Positions 29,636 through 39,539 of a stretch of DNA of 64,000 nucleotides are shown here, in pieces. The translations under genes were made by a program, and so were the position numbers. Origin of the DNA: Candidatus Angelobacter sp. (GTDB taxonomy: Bacteria > Acidobacteriota > Terriglobia > Terriglobales > Acidobacteriaceae). Under the pieces are notes generated by a model. It saw only the letters and a program-made list of their open reading frames with translations, did not search any database and was not told where the DNA came from. How positions within the stretch are numbered: the stretch's first letter is position 1; each line of letters opens with the position of its first letter. The stretch lies in contig DATAEJ010000013.1 in assembly GCA_036258095.1 (NCBI GenBank), positions 20,554 to 84,553 of the forward strand, given 5' to 3'.

Positions 29636-30648
29636 TCCTGGCCGGGGACATCGGCGGCACCCACTCCAGAATTGCGCTCTTTGAAGCTGTAAATAACAAG
29701 CTGCGGCTGGTTGTCGAGAGGATTTATCCCAGCCGCGAACACAGCGGGTTGGAAGAGATCATCTCGCTCTTTCTGACCGACCAGGAAACCAGAATAGAGG
29801 CAGTGTGCTTTGGAATCGCCGGTCCGGTGATAAATGGTCGGGTATCAACCCCGAATCTTCCCTGGATTATCGATTCCATCGAACTGGCAAAGCATTCTGG
29901 GTTGCCAATTGTCTGGATCATTAACGATTTGCATGCTCACGCGTCCGGCATTGATGATTTGGGGGCAGCTGACGCAGTTGCGTTGAACGACTCGCCATCT
30001 CAGGCCGGCAACGCTGGCTTGATTGCGGCCGGCACGGGTTTAGGCGAGGCCGGCCTTTACTGGGATGGATCTCGTCGTTATGCGTTCCCATGCGAGGGCG
30101 GACACGCCGATTTCGCGCCCCGCAATGACTTGGAAATTGCCCTGCTCCGTTATCTTTTGAGCAGGTTTGGCCGGGTCAGTTATGAACGTGTTCTATCAGG
30201 TCCCGGATTGGTCAATATTTACGAGTTCCTCCGCGAATCAGGAGCAGAAACCGAACCTGAATGGCTAGCCGACGAACTCAAGAGCTCGAACGATGCAGGA
30301 GCGACGATCTCCCATCATGGGATGTCGGCCGAGGCACCCATTTGCGAACACGCAATTGATCTCTTTGTTTCGATTTACGGGGCTGAAGCGGGCAATCTTG
30401 CGCTTAAGCTGCTTGCTACCGGAGGCATTTTCGTAAGCGGAGGCATCGCCAAACGCATTTTACCCAAGCTGCAACAGGCAGAGTTCAGGCGTGCCTTTAC
30501 CGTCAAGGGCCGGTTACAACCCTTATTAGAGAAGATTCCAGTCCGCGTCATTGTGAATGACGCAGTGGGACTCCTCGGTGCAGCACGCTATGCCCTCAAC
30601 CAGACACAACTCAAAATGCGCGCACAGACGGAAGGAACGGAACAATGA
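29632..30648 (+). CDS. glk: glucokinase
   Basis: [18 protein letters not shown]-terminal ATP motif, glucokinase-family length, and a 4-nt overlap with zwf. Confidence 0.88.
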   Translation: MILAGDIGGTHSRIALFEAVNNKLRLVVERIYPSREHSGLEEIISLFLTDQETRIEAVCFGIAGPVINGRVSTPNLPWIIDSIELAKHSGLPIVWIINDLHAHASGIDDLGAADAVALNDSPSQAGNAGLIAAGTGLGEAGLYWDGSRRYAFPCEGGHADFAPRNDLEIALLRYLLSRFGRVSYERVLSGPGLVNIYEFLRESGAETEPEWLADELKSSNDAGATISHHGMSAEAPICEHAIDLFVSIYGAEAGNLALKLLATGGIFVSGGIAKRILPKLQQAEFRRAFTVKGRLQPLLEKIPVRVIVNDAVGLLGAARYALNQTQLKMRAQTEGTEQ

Positions 30649-31403
30649 AGGGCGATCCGGCGACTCTCAAGAAACCCGATTTCGTCAAAGTGGTGCCGGA
30701 TGCCGAAGAGCTCAGCCGCACTGCTGTAGAAGAGATTGGGCGGTGCGCGCAGGAGAGCATTTCTGGGCGCGGACGCTTCACGTTGGTCCTCTCAGGAGGC
30801 AACACTCCGCGAGCCATATATGCTCGGCTCGCATCGGAAAAGAAGAACGAGCTGCCCTGGGACAAAGTATTCGTCTTTTTCGGGGATGAACGCCATGTTC
30901 CTCCCGAACATCCTGACAGCAACTTCCGGATGGCCAGGGAGTCACTGCTGGCGCAGGCGCCCATTCCCTCGGAAAACGTGCACAGAATTCCGGCTGAACT
31001 GGATGCGCAGACCGCTGCGGTGAGTTATGCGCAGGACATCACTTCCTTTTTCCGTCTTGCTCCGGGTGCTTTGCCGCGCTTCGATCTCATCCTGCTGGGG
31101 ATGGGCGATGACGGCCATACAGCATCACTTTTTCCCGGAACGACTGCGCTACGCGAAAACAAGCTGTTCGTGGTTGCCAATGATGTTGCGAAGCTGAATA
31201 CTCAACGCATCACCCTGACCTATCCTGTCCTGAACAACGCCGCTGAGGTTATGGTTATGGTCTCAGGGAGTGGAAAGGCGGAAATTCTCGCGGAAGTCCT
31301 GAGGTCCGGGGACTCTAATCGCTTCCCGGTGATCGGCGTCGGCCCTAAGCAGGGCCGACTCATTTGGCTGGTCGATGAGGCCGCCGCTCGCCTGCTTCGG
31401 TAG
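30645..31403 (+). CDS. pgl: 6-phosphogluconolactonase
   Basis: LSGGNTP and GMGDDGHTASLFPG motifs. 4-nt overlap with glk. Confidence 0.92.
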   Translation: MKGDPATLKKPDFVKVVPDAEELSRTAVEEIGRCAQESISGRGRFTLVLSGGNTPRAIYARLASEKKNELPWDKVFVFFGDERHVPPEHPDSNFRMARESLLAQAPIPSENVHRIPAELDAQTAAVSYAQDITSFFRLAPGALPRFDLILLGMGDDGHTASLFPGTTALRENKLFVVANDVAKLNTQRITLTYPVLNNAAEVMVMVSGSGKAEILAEVLRSGDSNRFPVIGVGPKQGRLIWLVDEAAARLLR

Positions 31404-31481
31404 CTTCTGTTCGACTTGCGTTCGCCTTCCTCGCCGGGCTATCCTATAGGCGAAGTCAGAGCGAACACCAGGAGCGCAGCC

Positions 31482-32498
31482 ATGGCCCTATCCTCCCTTT
31501 TCCCCGGGAATCACCTTCAACCACTGGTCGGGATCGCAAAACTTGCAGCCGAGGGGCAGGCAATCTCAGAAGGGCATGATGTCGAGTACTTGACGCTGGA
31601 AAACAGGAGTGTTCTTACCCGCTGTCGCGCACCGCGAATGCCCTTCGAGTGGATGATCAATCCGTACCGCGGCTGTGAATTCGCATGCAAGTACTGTTAT
31701 GCACGGTACACGCACGAATTCATGGAGCTTCGCGACAGTCGCGACTTCGAAAGAAAAATCTATGTGAAGCAGCACACCTCTCGCGTGTTGCGACAGGAAC
31801 TTAAAAAAGTCCGTCCGGGCGAGCAGATCGCGATTGGAACGGCCACAGACCCGTACCAGCCGGCGGAGAGGAAGTTCGGCGTGACCCGTTCCATTATGGA
31901 GGAACTTGCGCAATACGAGGGGCTCGAGATTGGCCTGGTCACCAAATCTACGCTCCTGCTGCGGGACTTGGAACTCCTTCAGGTCATCGCTTGCAAAAGC
32001 CGACTCACCGTTTGCGTGACCGTGACCACGGTCAACGCTGAATTAGCTCGTGCTCTTGAACCGCGCGCTCCGCGGCCAGACCTTCGTTTGCTGGCGGTTC
32101 AGAGGTTGAACGCTGCGGGAGTGAGAGCAGGAGTCAACATAGCGCCGGTCCTGCCGGGGATCACCGATCTCCCCGCAGACATGGACAGCCTGATAGCAGC
32201 GGCCGCTAATTCAGGCGCCAAATTCGTCTGGAGCAATGCGCTCTTCCTGAAGGATTGCTCCGCCAAAGTCTTCCTGCCTTTTGTCGAATCGAAATTTCCC
32301 CACCTTGCAAATCTCTACAAGCAACGTTTTGCGAAGCGGTCATTTCTTCCTGCATCGTATTCGGACCGATTGCGCAATCTCGTAAAACGCCTTTGTGAAA
32401 AGCACAGCCTCGGGGACGGAACAGAGAAGTGGCGGGCACCGAGCGCGGCAAGCGATCCGCATCAGTTGGCAACGAGCGCCCAAATGTCACTTTTCTGA
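31482..32498 (+). CDS. radical SAM protein (PA0069/SPL-like family)
   Basis: CEFACKYCYARY CxxxCxxC cluster motif. I chose the start at ATG 31482, preceded by AGGAGC. Confidence 0.8.
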   Translation: MALSSLFPGNHLQPLVGIAKLAAEGQAISEGHDVEYLTLENRSVLTRCRAPRMPFEWMINPYRGCEFACKYCYARYTHEFMELRDSRDFERKIYVKQHTSRVLRQELKKVRPGEQIAIGTATDPYQPAERKFGVTRSIMEELAQYEGLEIGLVTKSTLLLRDLELLQVIACKSRLTVCVTVTTVNAELARALEPRAPRPDLRLLAVQRLNAAGVRAGVNIAPVLPGITDLPADMDSLIAAAANSGAKFVWSNALFLKDCSAKVFLPFVESKFPHLANLYKQRFAKRSFLPASYSDRLRNLVKRLCEKHSLGDGTEKWRAPSAASDPHQLATSAQMSLF

Positions 32499-33163
32499 GT
32501 TTTAATGAGAATTTTCAGGCCGAACGGAGTGAAATGCTGCGGCAAGCGCGTCGTCCTGAACCCAATCGTGCGACGAAAGCAATTTAAGTCATTGATAATG
32601 AAGGAAATATTTCTCTTGCCAAAATGATTAAAGACCCTTATCGTACTTACGTTGCGAGTAGGTACATGTCCTAAAGGCCATGTACGCTACGACCAAAAGG
32701 ACAGTGATGCTTTTCGGAATCGTGGTTGTGTTACGTGGGCTTGGAACGCCAGACAACAAGAAATTATTGTTCCAATCACACCAAACGTGTGTACGATAGT
32801 TCAACTAGTCAATCTGTCCTAATGCGACACAGGTAGCACACCAAAGGGTTAAGATGCCGGATTTCCCAAACTCAGAATTCAGGGAACTCGGCGAGAAACG
32901 CGTTTGTGAGTAGATGTACAATGGGCGGCCTTTCGGGCAGCCAGCGCACGTCCGAAAGGACAGTACGACACTAAAAAGGCCGTAACGATTTTGTATTAAG
33001 CGTCACTTCAGAGAAGAAGGATTCAGAGATCCGGGGCCGCCGGCACAAGGCAAGTTCGGCGTGATCACTGAAACTTCTTGAACAATCAAAAGCGGATGGG
33101 CATTGCCAAGATTGCTGCACGCAAAAGCAACGGCAAGTGCCGCCACCAAGCGGGAGGTGGGTT

Positions 33164-33835
33164 TTGCGGATTCTGGTCATTGAGGATGAGCCGAAGGTAG
33201 CACGTACACTGGTGAAGGGTCTGGAAGCTGATCACTTCGCTGTCGATTTGGCAGGAGACGGAGAGGAAGGCCTGCAATTAGCCACGGAAATCGATTACGA
33301 TGCCATCGTTCTCGATTGGAACCTGCCCAAGCTGGACGGAATCACCGTCCTGAAGAAACTCAGGAAATCCGGCTCCAACATGCGCATCATGCTGCTGAGC
33401 GCCCGCAAGGACGTAAGTGATCGCGTCATGGGTCTGCAGGCGGGAGCGGATGACTACCTGGTAAAACCCTTCTCTTTTGAAGAATTGCTCGCTCGCGTTC
33501 ATGCGCTGCTGCGGCGGCCACAGGAACTGCTGGATAAGCTAAGTGTTGAGGATCTGGAACTGGACCGCATGCGTCATATGGTCACGCGCGCGGGCAAGCA
33601 GATCCACCTAACCCAGCGCGAGTACGCGGTCCTTGAGTATCTGATGCGCAACGCAGGTCGTACCGTGACCCGCACCATGGTGGTTGAGCACGTCTGGAAC
33701 CTGGGCTTTGAAGGGCTCACGAATATTGTGGATGTATACATCAACTACCTGCGTCAGAAAATCGATCACGGTTTCGAAAAGCCGCTCATCCACACAGCTC
33801 GTGGTGTCGGCTACATGCTTGCTGCAAATCAGTAA
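33164..33835 (+). CDS. OmpR/PhoB-type response regulator
   Basis: Receiver domain RILVIEDEP...VLDWNLPKLDG...K, and winged helix REYAVLEYL...ARGVGYML. TTG 33164 has GGGAGG 6 nt upstream. The track ORF opens at GTG 33137. Confidence 0.9.
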   Translation: MRILVIEDEPKVARTLVKGLEADHFAVDLAGDGEEGLQLATEIDYDAIVLDWNLPKLDGITVLKKLRKSGSNMRIMLLSARKDVSDRVMGLQAGADDYLVKPFSFEELLARVHALLRRPQELLDKLSVEDLELDRMRHMVTRAGKQIHLTQREYAVLEYLMRNAGRTVTRTMVVEHVWNLGFEGLTNIVDVYINYLRQKIDHGFEKPLIHTARGVGYMLAANQ

Positions 33836-35299
33836 ATGAAAGTCCCGCTTCCACGTAGCCTGCGTTTCCGGCTGGTGTTCAAGCAAACCCTCTCGTTCGC
33901 GCTCCTTGTGACATTGCTCGCATGGGGCGCGTACGCTTTTCTTGCCCGGCGGATGAGCAACCAGTTTGATGGTGAGCTCCAAGACCGGTCAATAGCCGTC
34001 AGAAGCATGCTCAACATCCGTGACGGCCAGGTTCGCTGGCTGAATAAAGAGGCCGATCCCGAGGTCCGCGACGAGTTTGAGCGCTCGATCCGCTTCTACC
34101 AGGTGCTGGATGATCATGGCAAGCCCCTGGAAAGCGCGCGGGAGTGGCCTGCGCAGGACTTACCTGCAAGTGCGAAGGCCCGGGAGACGATCGCGACAGC
34201 GCGCACCACCTGGGAAGACATATCGGACGCCAACGGACGGCTACGTGTCCTGAATGCGCCGGTGAGTGGCCCACGGCACCAGACCTACGTTCTTCGAGTC
34301 GGCATGAGTATGGCTGGGGTAGACGAAGACACCTTCTACCTCCGCCTGATGCACAGCATTGTGCTCGCGTTCTTGGTTCTTGTGCATGCCATTAATGCAT
34401 GGCTGATTGCTGGCAAGGAACTACATCCGCTGGAGCAGCTGGCCAGTGCGGCAGAAGAGATTGCGCCGCACGACCGAGATAAACGGCTTCCGACGTTCGG
34501 CACGGGCGACGAATTGGACGAACTGAGCCGTGTACTCAATCAGACCTTGTCCAAACTTCAGGGCTCGCTCCAACGTATGACGGATTTTCTACGCAGCCTG
34601 TCGCATGAAATCCGCCAGCCCCTGACAGTGATGCGGGCCGAAACCGAGCAGGCTCTGCGTATGAGTCAGAGTGACGAGAATTACCGCGAGATGCTCAGCG
34701 GGCAACTGCAAAGAATCGAACTTCTTTCGCATACCGTTTCCGACCTTCTGGAGATGGCCACGGCTGATGAGGAAGTTAAGCTCCATCGTGGTCCAGACGA
34801 TCTTTCGGAGCTGGTACAGGCAGCGGTTGATGGCATGCGGCTGAAGCCGAACGAACTTGACGTCCAGATTTCAGGTAGCATTCAGCAGGGCGTCAGCGGA
34901 AACTTTGATGCAGGACAGCTTTGGCGCCTGCTCCTGAATCTGCTCGAAAACGCAATCAAGTTCAACCGACCTCATGGCAAAGTGGACGTCTCGCTTTCCA
35001 CCCACGATGGCTGGGCCATTCTCTCCGTCAGCGATACCGGCTGCGGTATTCCGGTTGAAGAACAATCACGCATCTTTGAGCGCGGCTATCGCTCGAATCG
35101 AGCGCGGAGCTCTCTGGTCCCTGGAACAGGGTTGGGCCTTCATTTTGTACGCTCGATTGCCCACGCTCATGGCGGCGAGGTCCAGGTCACAAGCATGCCG
35201 GGAGAGGGCACCTGCTTTCGGGTTTCGCTTCCTCTCAATGCAATAACCGAATCGCATGATCCGCCGCGGCTTGCAACCCATGACACATCCGTTCACTAG
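33836..35299 (+). CDS. sensor histidine kinase (2 TM, HAMP, HisKA, HATPase_c)
   Basis: H-box LSHEIRQPLTVM, N-box LLENAIKFN, G-boxes DTGCGI and GTGLGL. The start abuts the regulator stop. Confidence 0.92.
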   Translation: MKVPLPRSLRFRLVFKQTLSFALLVTLLAWGAYAFLARRMSNQFDGELQDRSIAVRSMLNIRDGQVRWLNKEADPEVRDEFERSIRFYQVLDDHGKPLESAREWPAQDLPASAKARETIATARTTWEDISDANGRLRVLNAPVSGPRHQTYVLRVGMSMAGVDEDTFYLRLMHSIVLAFLVLVHAINAWLIAGKELHPLEQLASAAEEIAPHDRDKRLPTFGTGDELDELSRVLNQTLSKLQGSLQRMTDFLRSLSHEIRQPLTVMRAETEQALRMSQSDENYREMLSGQLQRIELLSHTVSDLLEMATADEEVKLHRGPDDLSELVQAAVDGMRLKPNELDVQISGSIQQGVSGNFDAGQLWRLLLNLLENAIKFNRPHGKVDVSLSTHDGWAILSVSDTGCGIPVEEQSRIFERGYRSNRARSSLVPGTGLGLHFVRSIAHAHGGEVQVTSMPGEGTCFRVSLPLNAITESHDPPRLATHDTSVH

Positions 35300-35504
35300 C
35301 ATATTGACTGAGGCGAATACTGACGCTTTTGCAGGGAAGCTTTTATTAGGGAATTTAATAGTTCCCCAATTCGCCTCTAATACCGAACGTTCAATCTGAA
35401 AATGAAAAACAGACCAGTTCTTCCGGCAAGAATTGCTGGTTTACAAGGGCAAACAGGCGCGCAATTCGCCGAACCGAACTCCTTCGGGGTTCAAGAGACG
35501 GAAC

Positions 35505-36269
35505 ATGCATCAATTTTCCAGGCTTGCAGTGTTGTTGTGTTTTAGTGGCGCAGCCGTAGGTTACTCCCAAACTACTTCACAGGTGAGTCCCTCCGGGAGG
35601 CATTTGAGGTCTGTGGTACCGGTCCGCGTGGTTCCGTCGGCGCAGAAACCCTCACCGCAACAAAGTGCGGTCCCGCGGCCTCAGCTCATGGCAATTAAAC
35701 CTGCAGAGATGCCCAAGTTTGCCCCGCTTCCGGTGACTCCACCCCCGGCCCCGCCAGCAGCTCCCGTCGCCCCCCAAGTCGCACCCGCAAGTAATATGGT
35801 GACAGAAAAGCCTAATGTGGCCCAGGCAACCGAGAAACTTGCGACTGAGGACGGCTTGGCTGCAGTTGACTATCGCCAAGGACTGCTGAGCGTGGTGTCC
35901 GAGCATGCCACACTGGACAAGGTTCTTGACCTTGTGGGAGGCAAAATCGGCGCGACTATCGAGCTTTCCAATGATTTAGCCAAGGAATCAGTTGTTGCGC
36001 GTCTTGGGCCGGCTTCGCCGAGTGAAGTACTGCACGATCTGCTTGATGGTCCCACGGTCGATTACATCATCATGGGTGGCGATCAGATCAATCGCGTCAT
36101 TGTGCGCCGGAGGCAGTCATTCGGGCGGCAACCGCTGGCCGGTCCTCCGCAGCACCGGGACGCCGTTGCTGCCATGGCCCAGAGTTCAGCGGAGCCCAGC
36201 CACCAAGAAAATCAAAAGCAGGATGCGGAGAATACGCAGCCACAAGGCGATTCCAACCCGCCACGCTAG
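35505..36269 (+). CDS. secreted proline-rich hypothetical protein
   Basis: Signal peptide MHQFSRLAVLLCFSGAAVGYSQ, a Pro/Ala-rich linker, then a small globular block that is possibly STN-like (my guess only). Start taken at ATG 35505. Confidence 0.6.
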   Translation: MHQFSRLAVLLCFSGAAVGYSQTTSQVSPSGRHLRSVVPVRVVPSAQKPSPQQSAVPRPQLMAIKPAEMPKFAPLPVTPPPAPPAAPVAPQVAPASNMVTEKPNVAQATEKLATEDGLAAVDYRQGLLSVVSEHATLDKVLDLVGGKIGATIELSNDLAKESVVARLGPASPSEVLHDLLDGPTVDYIIMGGDQINRVIVRRRQSFGRQPLAGPPQHRDAVAAMAQSSAEPSHQENQKQDAENTQPQGDSNPPR

Positions 36270-36847
36270 CTCCGGCGATCGTCACCTGCTTTCACCAGAT
36301 CCTGGTCGCGCGGCCAGGATATTTCAACCGAATGCCTGCTGTATTTGAAGTTGGGCGCTAAGAGCCGCCAACTTCGTTTCATCCCGTCAGGTCTCGAAAC
36401 TGCCGAAATTAAAGAGATTAATGTCAAGTTAGTCGGTCTCTAACGACCGGAGCACATGCTCATTACAACGACGGATGGTGATGCTCCGGGACTCCCGCAT
36501 CGAGACATTTCCCGCCAGCGTCCAGTCCAGAAAACCGCTACGGGCAGCCGCAGTTATGGCAGACGGCAAACCAGCCGGTGCATTGGGACGAAGGCGACCG
36601 CAAGCCCTTCCAACTTAAACGGCCGCCCGGAGCAGTTGGATTTTAAAAAGCTTAGTCCACCGCAGCAAGACTTCCGGACCGGAGGACGCAATGGAAACTG
36701 TCGGGAACGTAGGGAAGAAAGTAGAACTAATGGGACGCAATTTGCTTGGCTGGACCCGCCCTCTGGCAGCACGCGTCTGGATTACTGTTTTGGTCTTTTT
36801 TCGTTAACACCGTTCTCCATCATCGGCCCACCTTTCCACATCAGTAG

Positions 36848-36874
36848 AAAAGCCCTTGCGTGGGGCAAGGGCTT
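36848..36874 (-). terminator. rho-independent terminator of the cold-shock gene
   Basis: 11-bp stem AAAGCCCTTGC / GCAAGGGCTTT with a 5-nt loop, 23 nt past the csp stop. On the - strand it is followed by a U-rich tail (UUUUCUACU, counting the stem end). Confidence 0.7.
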
Positions 36875-36897
36875 TAGAATCGGTTTCAAAAACAGCT

Positions 36898-37107
36898 TCA
36901 GTTGGCGCCACGCAGTACGTTGGCTGCAAGATAGCCTTTTGGCCCCTTGAGCAGCTCAAATTCCACGGTTTCACCTTCATTCAGTGTGCGGTAGCCGTTC
37001 TCCTGAATCGCGGAAAAGTGTACGAAAACATCCTCACCGGTGGAGCGCTGGATGAAACCATATCCTTTTGCGCCATTAAACCACTTTACTGTTCCCTTCT
37101 CTCTCAC
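36898..37107 (-). CDS. cold-shock protein (CspA family)
   Basis: [15 protein letters not shown] (RNP1) and VFVHFSAI (RNP2). GTG 37107 has AAGGAG 6 nt upstream. The track start is a TTG at 37128. Confidence 0.93.
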   Translation of the reverse strand: MREKGTVKWFNGAKGYGFIQRSTGEDVFVHFSAIQENGYRTLNEGETVEFELLKGPKGYLAANVLRGAN

Positions 37108-37480
37108 AAACAACTCCTTTCGCCTCAATGAGATTCTCCCCTGCCGGAATCAGGAAGAGAGAAGAGGTTGCTGCTTTGCCGCCAGTGTTCCTCATTTACA
37201 AAACGCTGCCCTTCGCACGTCTCGCCTGGAGTCGAGGCAACCGCTAGTTCCTGAAGTTCGACTGCGCTGTACAAACACATCAACCCAAAATCGCTCGGCA
37301 GACTATGTCGCCTAACCGAGCAACGCATAATATTCAGGAATTCCGGTTTTTGTAAAGTACTTTGTTTAGCGAAAGGTGAGGCCTCAGAAGTGAATGATAG
37401 ATAAGTATCTTTAGTGTTAGACTTCGGGCGCTTTTGGCCCTTTCCCGGCGCGGGTCTTCTGGTACCATCGGGTAAATTGC

Positions 37481-38419
37481 ATGCCGCCCATTGCAAACCC
37501 ATCGACCACTGAACCGGCCGCGGAGTTCGAAACCGCAACATATCCAACGCTGCCAGGCCCATGGAAATACATGCTCCGCCAGCGTACACTCGGGGCTGTT
37601 TACTACCTGACTAAAACTGAGGCGCACACCTTCGCTTTTTCAGTCGCGGCAAACGCAATCCTGTCATTCTTCCCTTTCATGGTGCTGATGATCTGGCTGA
37701 TCAGGAATGTTTTTCATTCGCAGCTGATGTTTGACGTAGTCGCCCAGCTTCTCCGGGACCATTTGCCTGTAAGTCAGGATTTCGTTATTCGGAATCTGGA
37801 TTCCCTGGTCAGGAGCCGGCAGCGGGTAAAAATGGCCTCCATAGTGATCCTGCTGATCACGTCGACAGGCGTTTTTCTCCCGCTCGAAGTCGCGTTCAAC
37901 CAGATATGGGGGTTTAGGAAAAACCGATCTTATATTGGGAACCAGTTGATATCTCTTTTCCTGGCCTTCACGTGCGGCGTGTTGGCAATGACGTCAGTTG
38001 GTCTGGCTGCAGGTAACCAGTGGGTTTTAAATTTCATGATGTTCGGCCAGCGAAACTTCCTGTTCACGCTCGTGACGTCAGTGACCCTAAAGATTCTGGC
38101 GACGGCGGCCAGCATCGGGATCTTCTTCATGCTTTATTGGCTGCTGCCCAACGGCAAGATCAGCCCCACGCGGGTATTGCCGGCCGCAATCTGCATGGGA
38201 CTACTCTGGGAAGTTGGCAAGTACGTATACGTTAAAGCTTTGCCCTGGATCAACTTCCCTGAAGTTTATGGGCCATTTTCTGTGTCTGTAACTCTAATGT
38301 TCTGGGCGTTTATATCGGGGCTGATGGTACTGGCAGGAGCCTATCTGGCGTCAGATTATTCAGCCGGCAGTAGCACCAAGGCAGAAGAAGGTGACGAAGT
38401 TCTAGCGAGTTTCAGTTAA
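37481..38419 (+). CDS. YihY/BrkB family membrane protein
   Basis: Six predicted TM helices. The composition and length are typical of YihY/virulence factor BrkB (formerly called RNase BN-like) proteins. Confidence 0.7.
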   Translation: MPPIANPSTTEPAAEFETATYPTLPGPWKYMLRQRTLGAVYYLTKTEAHTFAFSVAANAILSFFPFMVLMIWLIRNVFHSQLMFDVVAQLLRDHLPVSQDFVIRNLDSLVRSRQRVKMASIVILLITSTGVFLPLEVAFNQIWGFRKNRSYIGNQLISLFLAFTCGVLAMTSVGLAAGNQWVLNFMMFGQRNFLFTLVTSVTLKILATAASIGIFFMLYWLLPNGKISPTRVLPAAICMGLLWEVGKYVYVKALPWINFPEVYGPFSVSVTLMFWAFISGLMVLAGAYLASDYSAGSSTKAEEGDEVLASFS

Positions 38420-38616
38420 CGCGACGTGATTTAAACACAGTTTTACCCTCCCCTAGGCTCTGCGAATACAAAAACGCGTTAGACTGCCCTTGCGGCATTT
38501 CGACCTCGCAGCCCTCCTCGGCTTCTGTCCGGCCACTTGAGTTGGGAACCAAGGCTATCCAGCAGAACAGACGTGCTGTTGGGCGTCGGAAGCGTCTTTA
38601 CCCAAAGGAGAAAACC

Positions 38617-38739
38617 ATGAAGAAAACTGCAACTCGGCTGCTTTTGATCAGCTCGTTTTTCACCATTCTCTGCTCTGTCCAGGCCTGTTTAGATGTTCCC
38701 TGGCCGATGCCGTTTCCGACTCCGAAAATCATTTCCTAA
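38617..38739 (+). CDS. small exported peptide (40-aa precursor)
   Basis: AAAGGAG SD 6 nt before ATG 38617. Sequence MKKTATRLLLISSFFTILCSVQA / CLDVPWPMPFPTPKIIS: a signal peptide followed by a 17-aa Pro/Trp-rich tail that begins with Cys. Confidence 0.55.
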   Translation: MKKTATRLLLISSFFTILCSVQACLDVPWPMPFPTPKIIS

Positions 38740-38754
38740 CGCAGCTGATAACAT

Positions 38755-38781
38755 AGGGTGGTCTCCTTTGGCGACCACCCT
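38755..38781 (+). promoter_or_regulatory. stem-loop between the small-peptide gene and the 7TM gene
   Basis: 9-bp stem AGGGTGGTC / GACCACCCT with a 9-nt loop. It ends 2 nt before ATG 38784, and no SD is visible for that ATG. Confidence 0.35.
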
Positions 38782-38783
38782 CT

Positions 38784-39539
38784 ATGAAAACAGCACATCT
38801 CCTGATGGGCTATTCCGGAACCGGTCTGGAACTGGTTTTGCTGATTGTTCTCATATGGCGTAGGGTCCATTGGCGGTTTCCATTCTTCTTTTTTTGCAGG
38901 GCTTTCACGCTGCTTCTTGAAGGAGCGTTGGCGCTGGTCGTACACAAGCAGGCTTTGTATTTCTACATATACTGGATCGGCGAGGCGCTTTACGTTGTCC
39001 TATCCTTCATGGCAATTCGGGAAGGTTTCAACGCCGTCTTTTCCAAACTGTATTCTTCGGTCTGGGTACGGTCCCTTTTCCCTTTCACAGCCGCAGTATT
39101 GTTACTCGCAGCTGCCGTGAGGGCGGCCTCTCACACTGGCTCCCAGATGGGACGTCTTCCGGAAGCAATCGTCTCCGTGGAAGTTGGCGTCCGGTTTCTT
39201 CAGGTGGGAATTTTTGGGCTTTTCCTGCTACTGACTCGCGTTTTCAGGAGTTTCTGGGATCGCTATGCATTCGGAATTCTGCTCGGATTCGGCATTTCGG
39301 GCGCTGGAACACTGAGCGTCTTATTGCTGCGTTCCGAATTCGGAACGAGATTCGATTCTGTTGTCGGAATTACCCCTCCAATCGCTTATCTTATTGCGGA
39401 GACAGTCTGGCTGATTACATTTGTTACCCATTCAGCCGGCCGATCTACCTCGGGTGACTTGTTGTTGGCAGACCCAGATCAAGTGTTAGCAGACGTGAAA
39501 CGGAACACAGACAGTGTTAAGGAAATTCTGAAACGATGA
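38784..39539 (+). CDS. hypothetical integral membrane protein (about 7 TM helices)
   Basis: I count seven hydrophobic segments in the translation. No motif recognised. Confidence 0.65.
   Translation: MKTAHLLMGYSGTGLELVLLIVLIWRRVHWRFPFFFFCRAFTLLLEGALALVVHKQALYFYIYWIGEALYVVLSFMAIREGFNAVFSKLYSSVWVRSLFPFTAAVLLLAAAVRAASHTGSQMGRLPEAIVSVEVGVRFLQVGIFGLFLLLTRVFRSFWDRYAFGILLGFGISGAGTLSVLLLRSEFGTRFDSVVGITPPIAYLIAETVWLITFVTHSAGRSTSGDLLLADPDQVLADVKRNTDSVKEILKR

Noticed and set aside
36290-36840. RNase P RNA, tmRNA or SRP RNA in the ORF-free region next to csp
   Set aside because: I searched both strands by eye for GAGGAAAGUCCGGGC and ACAGAAnCCGGCUUA (RNase P). I also searched for a GGGG 5' end with a ...UCCACCA 3' end and an alanine-rich tag ORF (tmRNA), and for the GGUCC-GGAA-GGAAGCAGC helix-8 motif (SRP). 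Only a partial GGUCCGGAAG string without the required pairing was present.
36456-36950. 164-aa + strand ORF
   Set aside because: Its composition is unlike a protein, its 3' third is antisense to the well-supported cold-shock gene, and it reads through the csp terminator hairpin.
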